Below are positions 50,062 to 61,267 of a stretch of DNA of 64,000 bases, piece after piece (positions within the stretch are counted from its first letter, which is position 1; each line of letters opens with the position of its first letter). The position numbers and the translations under genes are program-made. Origin of the DNA: Selaginella moellendorffii (Eukaryota; Plantae; Lycopodiophyta); assembly GCF_000143415.4 (NCBI RefSeq), contig NW_003314261.1, forward strand, positions 4,986,360-5,050,359, written 5' to 3'. The notes under the pieces are model-generated. The model was not told where the DNA came from. It saw nothing but the letters and a program-made list of their open reading frames with translations, and searched no databases.

Positions 50062-50959
50062 CTACAGGGCGCGCGGTGGTGCGATCTTTGCCATCCCGAG
50101 CCATGCGACGACACCCAAGACGAGCACAGCCCAGCCGAGAACGTCATACTTGAAGTCATTGTTTTGCTTCTTCTTCCTTCCCTGGAGAAGTGGAAGAAAA
50201 GAAGAACTTTGTCAGGAGAAACTATCTCGAAACTATATCTAGAAGATCACCTTTGCCGAGAGATTGGCGCCGCTGCCACTGCCGCTTCCACCGATCCCGA
50301 GCTGCTGGCTCAGGACCTGTCTTTGAAGCTCCACATAAACATTTGGTGCCTGGCAAGCGAAGGAAAAGAAGTAAGTCCGCGGAGCTTCGAGTTAGACAAA
50401 CCTTTGCAGACATTTCCAGCGATTTCATGTAGAGCTCACTCTTCGGCTCCTGCAAGGACACGCTCTAGAACTCGAAAACACGGATTTCTTTTTCTTCTTT
50501 ACCTCGTCCAAGGCTTTCTTGAAGCAATCGCTGGCTTTCTTGAAGTACTCGTTGGCCTTGCCACTGTCTGGGAGCAAGAAACCGTGGGCGGTGTGCGAGT
50601 TTCCCAGGCACCAAAGCGTCTCGTGCTTTTTGGGATTGATCGCGAGGGCCTCCCGGAGCTTGGACTCGGATTCTAAAAGCAAAGTGTAAGTGGAAACAAG
50701 CACGGATTCCGACAGCGATCCATACCTTCGATCATGTTTAGCTGATCCTGCCCTTGCCGGAAATGCGCTAGCTCCAGCAAAGCCCCGCCCCATTGCGTCA
50801 GATTCTGGAGAGAAGAAAACGAAAGGATGAACGAGTGGGGAAGGGAAGAACTTCGCTACTCACATCGGCATCCTCCGGGCAGCGCGCGTAATTGGCAGCG
50901 GCTTTCTCCCTCGTCGCCTCGAAGAAAATGAGGCGCTCCATGTCCTCGCGCGAGTCCAT
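50062..50959 (-). CDS. TOM20: Mitochondrial import receptor TOM20 (plant type)
   Basis: [40 protein letters not shown] and the C-terminal anchor [11 protein letters not shown]. Confidence 0.93.
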
Positions 50960-50979
50960 AGCTCCCGCAGCTCAGCTAC

Positions 50980-51003
50980 AAACCCTAATAAAGTGAGCCC
51001 AAA
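50980..51003. promoter_or_regulatory. Telo-box plus site II-like motif upstream of TOM20
   Basis: AAACCCTAA (50980-50988) and AGCCCA (TGGGCT on the - strand) within 45 bp of the ATG. Confidence 0.5.
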
Positions 51004-51899
51004 ACTTTTTAGGTCAAAAAACAGGGTAGCAAACCTCGAACATGGTAGACGCCTATCCTCCGCGGCGCTGAAGAGATGAAGAAGAAGAAACCATCAAAGA
51101 CTTGGCCTTTTTGCAGCCACAGAGGTCGACACGTGGGCGGAGGATTGATGGTTCGGGGCCAGCACCTTTTATATTGTGGGAATTTGATCGTTGGTATAAA
51201 CCAGGAAGAAATCCACCTCTTGTTCAGTATCCATGGTTGTGGGAAAAATCATGGCTGGTAGTCATGGTTTCAGTAACAATACGTGTATTTTAGGGCTCAC
51301 TTGCAGGACATCAAGCGCTTTCGGATCAGCGGATTTGGCAGTGGAGGCCACCAAGAGACAGCACTTGGGAGGCTATAAAGAGAGGCACGTGGCTCCTACA
51401 CCTTCATTCTCAGGGACTTCATCTACTAAAGGACCCTGCCATCAAGTTATATGTGACATTAGCATTGCTTAATTTGTAGTGCTGTGCAATGAGGAAGAAG
51501 GAGAGTGGATTCTAGGCAAGAAATTGGGCCATCAGGGAGGTTTTAAAATTCCCAACTTGGAGCGCAGTCATGCCGCATGCAAGGCTGTTCAATTTTTTTC
51601 TCTTTAATTTAGAAAAAAGATAAATTGTCTATAAAGTGGAACAAAAAAGTCCAGTGACTAGTGAGAAAAAGCCACAAGAGCATGGCAAAGTTGACAATCA
51701 CATGGCCTTTAAAGCCTCTTCTTTCTTGGTTTGCAATTCTGCATATACACTTTAACCTTATATGACTAATTTCCACCTCTTTGCTTTATGTCGTTGTAAA
51801 TGGACTTCGCGTTAAAGCCCACCAAGCCACATGCAAGGCAAAGTTGGATCAAGTTGGGGGATTGTGGGTACATCGATGGAACTAACTTGCTCTTTCAGC

Positions 51900-54680
51900 T
51901 CAAATGTTCACTATCTTATTTTATTACATATAAGTCTCCATCCCTTGCTCCATAGAAAGATGTTGTGTGGGATTTACACCAACTGGGAGAGAAGTCACAA
52001 ATATTCATTCATTCATGTTTACAAGGTCTCACAGCACATGAGACTGATGGATTCAAATATGCCACAGTGACAATTGCCGTAGTTGTTTGTCATCCAATCT
52101 CGTTGGCATCTATGTCGTCCATCTCGTCCATTGTGGCCGTTTTTGTGGTTGTGGCTGACCTTTGTCCATGTGCTTCAGTTGGCATGCCATGTTTTGTTGT
52201 GGATTAATATGAGCACCGAAGTGCCAGCATTTCCTCGTCCCCCTCTGCTGAGCTCCACCTCCCTCAGAAATAGGCAGAGTTGGTCACCCACTGTTTGCCT
52301 TCAAGGATGATATGGAGATCAGCCCCATGTCAGAGCTTAGCATACGTGGCACAGTCATTGGTCATGTGTTCGACATCCTGAACTCGCTCAAAGCAGGTTC
52401 AGCCACATGGGATTTGTGGTCTCAGCTGTTGGCCTAGCTCCACTATAAGTCTGTGACGTCCCATTCCGTAGCTAGCAAGTAGACTCTGGTTCCTAGGTGT
52501 GAGATCATCATATGCCTCGAATCCAAATTGCCTCCAGGTTGACTGTATCAATGTAAACGTCAAATATGCTGTTGTGTATGGTTCGCAAGGAACACCATTG
52601 CTGCAAGGTTTGCCACATCTAGAACTCTAATTGGTCTATCAGTTTAGTGTGTAGTGTTTCAAGATCGTGCCCGAGCTTTTATCCATGTCTTCAGCTTGCT
52701 TCACCACCCTTTCCCTAGAGTCTTGGCCATCTCCTAGGACTCTTGTATTGTTGCATCTGCTAGCTTTTAGCGGTAGAGGAAGTAAGCACTTTTAACATAT
52801 ACAATGCAGCATCACCATGCTAGGATCTCTAAAGGGAGAAGACTAGATTCAAGAATGAGAATTGGGTCTGTTGTCCTGTATGCACCAAATTTTGCAGCCA
52901 AGAAGGGTTCTAGTTTGTCTCACTTGAGGTGCTAAGGCTAAAGCCCCAACATTCAACACTATACAGTATGTCTACTTTACCCCCCACCTGTGGACCTTTG
53001 CTCAAGTCAGATGGAACATCACACATGTTTGTGAGACTGCTGTTATTCTCTACTCAACTCTGGTCTTCCATGGGGACTTGTGGTCTACTAGCCAAGGCAT
53101 TTGTATGCTATCATGTGTTCTACTGGCTCCTCTTTATATGTGAGCACACACAGCCCAAATACCATCACCTTCATTTTTGCCATATTTACTGTGAGCCCAG
53201 TTTCATCGCAGAATGCAAGGAGTCAAACTGGCATTGTAAATCTCTTTGGCTAATGGCCAAAAGTAGAAGATCATTGGCATATAAAAGTATATGAAGGATC
53301 ATCCTTGCAAGTTGGGGAGGATGCTTGACTTGCTAGCACTACTTCAAGCCCATCAATGAATGGTGTAAATTGTGACACTGGAGTTAGATGGGGATGCCCG
53401 CTCTCCCCCACACTATTTGGCTTGGAGCCATCTTCTTACACATTCTTGTAGAGTCATCTGTATCAGCTCAAGTGGAATGTTGAGCTTATGCTGAAAGAGC
53501 TTGGCTTGTGACCCTGTCAAATGCCTTGACAATATCCACTTGCATAGATTGAGACAGTTTGATTATAGTATAGCTGGGTGACTAGATGGTCTGTGCAAGA
53601 GTAGTGAGGCCTGAATCCCAAGTGATGCCCCATGGAGCAGCTTGCAAATCGACGTTCTGGCAAACATGTCCCTTGTCTTTACAACCATTCGTCTCCATCC
53701 ATGTCACAAGGCGTTTCTCAGCCACCTTTTGGTGAAGATTATCAACATCATGATGGTGCAATAATTAAATGGGATTGCTGGGTCTCCTACTTTATATATT
53801 GGGACGACTCTGTTAATGTTCCATATGGTAGGGGTGCTTCATTATCTCATTGAAGAGTTGACACAAGATGTGGGCCAACCAATTGGCATCCAGCATTTGC
53901 AAAAGCTTAGTTATGAATCTACATACATTGGCTGTTTTATTCTGGTGGTGTGCTCCCGAGCTCATACATTTGGCATATGTGCTAAATCCAAACTTCTACG
54001 TTCTTGATGAATACTAGTTGGTACATGGTGTGGAAGATCCTGTAAGCCTTTGATGGCATGCGCTTCACCTTGTGAGTCTGTCAGGCATTGACTTGTTTGG
54101 CGTGGTGCCCTTGCCCATACTAGCTTTGGAGTTTCCATTGTAGTTCATATGCCACTAGGTCACCTTCACTGTTATTGGCAATCTACTAGGCTTTCACTGG
54201 CAGTCCTTGATGTTGTTCTGGTTTCTAGAAACCCTGCTAAAGGACCATGACAAGCAGATCTATTGTGCCACCTAGTGGAGTCTTTTGATGTTGCTGATTC
54301 CAAAGCTCCATTGTAGTGCGACTGCATCCAGAGGTTTCAAGTGGTAAATAACTAATGCCTTCCTTAGCCAGCCAATTTGAGCTGGTCTCCATCTTTGGCT
54401 CTATAGTGAAGAGGCCAAAGGACGATGATTAGATATATCTAAGAAGTCTAACAGTGGAAAATGAGAGACATTTTTAGTTGCTATGGTGTCTTCTATGAAA
54501 TAATCAATAATGCTGCATCCAACATAGAATTGTCCTAGGTGATGTTGCCAAATTGGGGAGATGGCTGTGAAACCTCTAGTCCATAGGAGTAGTGATGTGC
54601 CATTCAATATTTGCAAGCATGTTGACTGGCAAAGGTGGAGGAGTTTGTATCCACTCCTAGTGTCAAACTTGCCTTGACTA
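51900..54680 (-). mobile_element. Degenerate non-LTR retrotransposon (LINE) ORF2: end of APE endonuclease plus RT
   Basis: - strand remnants SIIDYF..SNHRPL, VVPIYKVGDP..NY, GFRPHYSCTDHL, VDIVKAFDRV, LLYANDLLLLA and GLTVNMAKMKVM. Boundaries are approximate. Confidence 0.8.
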
Positions 54681-54699
54681 ATTTATATCCATCTCACCT

Positions 54700-55755
54700 T
54701 GTCCTCATTATCTCAATCCTTTTCATTTAATTATTGTAAGTTATTAAATTTTCCATTTTACTTTAGTCACTTAATCACATTTTTAAACACTTGGACACCA
54801 AATGTAACTTTCAAGCCACATTATCTCTGCACTTAGTCCAAGTGCTCCACGTGTCTGAGTTCTATTGCAAACACTTAAAAGTACTTAACATACCAACATA
54901 TTACACCAAAGTCATATCCATTTGCATTTATTCTATTGATAATCTAAAACCATCTGTGCCACAAATCTACCTCTCCAAGGTCAAATCATCTAGTTTATGA
55001 GTGGTCATCCTATAACCACTTCTTAGCATCTTTAAAATATTCCAAGATATAAAGAAATATTGTCTTTTAATATCCCTTTTTCAATCCCCACAAAGTCCCT
55101 CTCTAATCATAGTAATGCTTTCCAATATTACCACTAGTTTAAGGCTTGAAAGTTTATCTACTAAGTCTCAATAACCTTTTGGACTTCTTAACCATACCCT
55201 TAATTACTAAGCAAGAGGATCATTCTTCTAATCAAAGACTTTGGAATAAACACTACAGCCTAATGCAAGCCATATAGGTACTCTCCCCACATTTCACCAC
55301 TAATGTGCTCTAACCATGTAATTAGAGCAATATTTTGATGAACTATGCAAAATATCAAAGTATATAGTGCCACTCACATTTAAATTGGGAGCATTGACCA
55401 TCCAATCTCCTAAAGGAGCTAGAACTAACTCTTGAATACTTCATTAAATCATTTGATTTATCCATTTATATTCACTCTAGCCTTAAACTTTTTAGTGTTC
55501 ATATCATCACTTATCACATGGGTATAACATTCTTGGTCACATTAATTCCCTCCTTTTATTATCCTATAAACCCCCTAATGATTGCTTTGGGCTTTCACCC
55601 TTCAGACTCAGTCTTAGTCTTAGTTTTGAACTTAGTCTCATATTTGGTTTTGGATTTGGTTTGGGACTTGCTTTTGAACTTAATCTCGGACTCAATCTTG
55701 AGAATTGTCACATATTAATCATTCTTTTATCCATTTTTAAAGATTTTCTTATTGT
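54700..55755 (-). mobile_element. Family C element, left part (interrupted by the chromovirus)
   Basis: Homology to about 35570-36610. Continues at 61268 or beyond. Confidence 0.7.
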
Positions 55756-58700
55756 TGTCAGAAATCCCTCATATTCTTGACTCTCGCCGGATTCCTGACA
55801 CGCAGACCATATTCCTAACTCTCAAGACACTTCTCTATTCCTGACTCTCTAATTTCCCATATGATTCCTAAGTCTCGAACCACATTCTTGATGATGACAT
55901 GGCATCTCCTCAACCTCAGCTATATTTAGGCCATCCTTGATCCAAGAGTGGTAGGGCTTCATCAACCTATAGTATATATAGGTTAGCCTTGTTCCATTTC
56001 TCCACAATCTGAATCAATGCTAGTCTAAGGTTTTTTCTTCGTTTTCATTAGTTTTTCTCTTTATCTTCTGCATTTTCCAGTCTTGATCTTGTTGGGGGTC
56101 TTGACAGTTTGATTCAGATTATGTTTTTTGCTTTTGCTTTGCTTGTTTTGATTGTTTGATTGCCTTTGCCTTTTTTCCCCCCTTTTCTTTCTTCTTTGCC
56201 GATGGAGTCTCCAAGCCATCTTGATTTCTTTGCCGAAGTCCTTGCAAAAATCAAATTTGAGAATACTGAGCTGAAGGCAACCCTTCTTCACATGCAACAG
56301 GAGCTTGCTTCACTTTCGGCTCAAGGATCAAGCAAAGTTCTTGAACCAAAGGTGAGTTTCTCGACGAAGTTCTCAGGCAAGCGTCCGGAGCTTCGTGGAT
56401 TCCTGAACTAGATGGAGCTGATCTTCACACTTCAACATCAGTGGTACCCCACTCCCAAATCTCAAATCGGCGCGATCGGGACGCTGCTCGAAGGTGCAGC
56501 TTTGTCATGGTTTTCTCCTCTCCTGGAGAAGAGCATGAAAGGGGTCGTGGTTTCGGAGTTGATGGATCTTCAGTTGTTCAAAGAAAAGCTCGAAGCATGT
56601 TTTGGCGAGATGGATTGAGTTTGGGCTGCCACCACAAAGATGAGATGTCTCTCTCAAGGGTCTCGTCCTGCCTCGATCTATGCTGCGGAGTTCCAACTCC
56701 TTGCCTTGGACACTTAGTGGGATGAGCGGGCCCTGATTGATCAATTTCCTTTCGGCCTCAACAATGGTGTCAAGGATTTGTTGCTCACTATGGAGGATCC
56801 CGCGGACCTGTCGGACGTCATCAACAAAGTTGTTTGATGTGACAATCATCTCTTTGAACGTCGTAAGGAAAGTCACCGTACCGCCGTTTTCCCATCCTAG
56901 ACTCAGGAATCCCAACTTGAGTCTTTGGGGCATACTCCTGAACCTATTGCTCTGATCCCAATGGATATCTTTGGTACTCCCCAACTCATCAGATGGAAGT
57001 TAAGTCCTGCTGAGAAGTAATGTTGAGTATCTCATAATCTTTGCCTCTACTGTGCTGATCCCAATCACAAAATAGTTGTGTGTTTCAAGAAGCCTCCCCA
57101 ACTGCTTGAGTTCACTCTGCCTCAAGGTCCACCTCTGTTGCAGCCAGGCAACGACCCTGTCTAAGCAAAGTAGGAGCTGTCTATTTAGACTCCCCGAATA
57201 AAAATCACTTTTCTTCTTTATCAAGCTTTTCATCACCTTTCATCAAAGCCACCACCAATTCCAGCAACTTTCACATCCCATGTCTCCTTTCTTTCACCAG
57301 ATAATCAGGACTCAAGGCTCTAGTGCTACTGAACTTGGGTGCAACTTCTTGCTTCATGGACACGGACTTTGTTGCCTAATATCACGTTCCTTGTTCTCCT
57401 ACTATACGGGATCTGAGGGTTGAAGGCATTGGCAGGCATTTTGTGTCTCCATCTTCTGGACTTAGGGAAATGTTGCTCGTTCGAGTACTCATCGGGTCCA
57501 CCGTCACTAATATCACCTTCAACATCATCAACAGCAAGTCTTCCTCTGTGGTGCTCGGCCTTCTTTGGTTCCAACTGCACCAGCCTCAAATCTATTGGAA
57601 GGAATTATAGCTTGTCTCTCCCACGTCACCATCTCCCATGTCTTCCCTTGCTGTTCATCGAGTCCGAATCAGGAAAAGTTCCCTAAACTCAAATTAAGGT
57701 TTTGTTCCTGACTCTATGAAGTTTTCACCCTCTTCTTTTCCCTCTCTTCCATCTTACACTAGATAGTATCCTCATCTCATCATTCCATTCAGTCGTATGC
57801 CTCCTCCTATCTCCACAATCACTATGAAAGAACTCCTTCACAAAGAACCTATTTTCCTTTTTGCTTTGCATGTTTCTTCTATCAGTCTTCTTGAGAAGTA
57901 TCATGATTTTGGAGATGTGTTTGACAAGAAAAAAGCTAGTGTACTGCCTGTTCATTAGCCTTACAACTGTCCCATTGATTTACAGGAAGGAGCATCACCT
58001 CCGTAGGGGCTTATCTACGGGTTATCCCCATCCGAGCTTAAGGCCCTCAAAGAGTACGTGGACGAGAACCTTGCCTCAGGGTACATTCAGCATTCGCAAT
58101 CCCCGACTGGAGCACTTGTCTTCTTTGTCAAGAAGAAGGATGGGAGTTTGCGGCTAGTCATCGACTACCGAGGTTTGAACAAGATGACTGTTCAGAACCG
58201 TTATCCACTGCCCCTGATCTCAGACCTATTAGAATGCCTTGGTGGTGCTCACTTCTTCACCAAGATCGACCTCCGTGGAGCATACAACCTGATCTAGATC
58301 TGGCCTGGCGATGAATGGAAGGTTGTGTTTTGAACCTGTTATGGCCACTTCGAGTACACTGTCATGCCGTTTGGCTTGACAAATGCTCCAACAGTTTTCC
58401 AACACATGGCGAATGACGTCTTTCGGGAGTTTCTTGATCAGATGGTGATCGTCTACTTCGATGACATCCTCATCTACTCAAAAACTCAAGAGGAGCATGA
58501 TGAGCATGTGTGCAAGGTGCTGGTGAAGTTGCAGGAATACAGCCTATACACAAAGATTGAGAAATGTTCCTTCGATTAGGAGTCTGTGGAGTTCCTTAGG
58601 TACATTGTCACTCCTGAGGTATCACGATGGATCCTACCAAAGTCAAGACTATTCTTGAATGGGAGCCTCCACAATCAATGTTGGACGTTCATATTTTGCT

Positions 58701-61267
58701 TGGTTTCACCAACTTCTACCGCAAATTCATTGCTCACTACTCTGACATTGTCCTTCCTCTCACGCATCTTACTTGCAAGGATGTTCCCTTCTCTTGGTCT
58801 GCTGCTACCTAGCAGGCCTTCGACACACTCAAGGCAACCTTCAATTTTGCTCCCGTCTTGATCCACGCTGATCCCTCACAACCTTTCTTCATTGAGGTGG
58901 ATGCCTCCGACTTTGCCATCGGTGCTGTGCTGTCCAACTCGGAGCGAATCAGGAATTTCATCCGGTCACCTTCCATTCTCGGAAATTCTAGCCTGTGGAG
59001 ATCAATTACGAAATCCACGACAAGGAGCTCCTTGCCATTATGGATTCTTTTGGAGAGTGGTGTCGTTTCTTGGAGGGAACAAGCCATCAAACAACGGTCT
59101 AGAAAAATCACAAAAATCTTGAATACTTTGCCACTTCCCAAGTTTTGAGCCGTCATCAGGCAAGGTGGGCACAATTCTTGAGTCAGTTTGATTTTGTTAT
59201 CAAGTACAGACTTGGAAAGTTTCAAGGCCTTCCTGATGCTCATTCAAAGCACTCCTATCTCAGTTTTAGGCCTGGTAGTCCTGCCTTCGATCAACAGGAT
59301 CAAGTTATCCTCGGTCCTGATCGGTTTCACGTTATGGCAATTTCCCTGGCCCCTCAGGATTCCTCCTTGATGGATGCGATCAAAAACAATCTTCAATCCG
59401 ACAACCTCACCAACGACATTTTCCCCCATCTTCAGGCTAGACACCCAATGACTCCTAACTATCAGCAATTTGATGAGTTTAAGTTCTTAGATGGCTTGTT
59501 GTATTGTGGGGAGTAGCTTTACGTTTCTGAAGGTGATGCTCGAAGGTTGGTCTTGATGGCGTGCCACGATAGCCTAACTGCTGGTCACTCGGCATTGCAA
59601 AAACCTATGAGCTGGTTGCACGGGACTTTTGGTGGCCCCACATGGATGACTACATCAAAGCTTTTGTTACCTCCTATGACACTTACACCTGGAATAAGGT
59701 ACCTTACCACCTTCTTTCAGGTTTGCTTCGTTCCCTCCCGGTCCCTTCAGGTCCTTAGGAATCCATCTCCATGAATTTCTTGAGTGATCTTTCGAGTTTT
59801 GAAGGCTTCAACAACATTTTAGTTGTGGTGAATCACTTCACAAAGATGGCGCACTTCCTGTTGTATACCAAGGAGTTTTCAGGCGAGGACATGGCAAAAC
59901 TGGTATTCAAGGAAATTTTCCGACTTCATGGGATTCCTGCGATGTGGTTTCGGATTGGGGACCTCAATTCATCTTTCATTTCTGGCAACAGTTCTTGCAA
60001 TTGCTTGGAGTCAAGGCCAACCTCTCTTCGGCATATCATCCTCAAACTGATGGACAGTCCAAGTGAACGATTCAGACATTAGAACAATTCCTGAGGTGCT
60101 TCATCAACTATCATCAAGATGACTGGTTCGATATCCTTCCCTTTGCTGAGTTCTTCTATAACAACTCTGTTCACTCCTCCCTTTGAGTTTCTCCCTTCTT
60201 TGCAAACTCTAGCTAAAATCCTCGATTCAATCTCTCACTTCCTTCTCCATCCGAATCCTTTTGTTCAACTCCCTGCTCTGAGGCATTTGTCTCTAACCTC
60301 CAGGAAATCCACAACTCCATCTCCTTCCACCTCTATCGTGCTCAAGAATTTCACAAAACATTCACCAATGGCCATCATTAGGATTGTCCCCTTTACAATA
60401 TCGGGGATAGAGTCTGGCTCCTCAGGCGAAATATCTTCACCACTAGGCCATGTCCCAAACTCGATTTCAAACGCCTCGGTCCTTTTCCTATCACTGCCAT
60501 CATTAATCCTATCACTTATCACTTTGCACTTCCCTCCTCATATCAAATTCACCCCATTTTCACTCCTCTCTCCTTAAGCCTTATATTCCAAATCGGGTCA
60601 TTCCTCCAACTCCACTAGTGCAATTTGAGGATGGGTTTGAGTACAAGGTTTAGGACATCCTTGATTCCAAGATCTCATAGTCTAAACTCTACTATTTGGT
60701 AGACTGGAAGGGTTACAGACCTGAGGAACGCACTTGGGAACCTACGGACAACCTGATTCATTCTCCTAACCTTGTTCAGGACTTCCACCACTACTATCTT
60801 TCTTGTCCCAGTCCTCATTCTTTTCATTCTCCCTCTCCTGTCCCTCACCACCCATCTCATCCTCCTCTTCATTCTCATTCATGTCCTTGTTCCACTCGTT
60901 TTTGAGGAGGGGGTGTTGTTAGGAATCCCCCATATTCCTGACTCTTGCCGAATTCCTGACCCGTAGACCATATTTCTGACTCTCAAGACACTTCCCTATT
61001 CCTGACTCTTTGATTTCCCGTACGATTCCTGAGTCTCGAACCACATTCTTGATGATGATGTGGCACCTCCTCGACCTTAGCTATATTTAGGCCATCCTCG
61101 ATCCAAGAGTGGTGGAGTTTCATCAACCTATAGTATATATAGGTTAGCTTTATTCAATTTCTTCACAATTTGAATCAATGTCAATCTAATGCCTTTTCTT
61201 TGTTTCCACTAGCTTTTCTCTTTGTCTTCTGCATTTTTCAGTTTTGATCTTGTTGGGGGTCTTGACA
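55756..61267 (+). mobile_element. Full-length decayed chromovirus (Ty3/gypsy, Tf1/Tcn1-like) with 351-bp LTRs at 55756-56106 and 60917-61267
   Basis: TG..CA LTRs, TSD ATTGT/ATTGC, gag with CLYC..H..C, RT ([32 protein letters not shown]), RNase H (DASDFAIG), integrase, chromodomain ([15 protein letters not shown]) and PPT GAGGAGGGGG. Confidence 0.95.

Noticed and set aside
51042-51540. Coding-like + strand sequence upstream of TOM20
   Set aside because: Early stop codons and no identifiable family. Possibly a pseudogene, but this cannot be supported.
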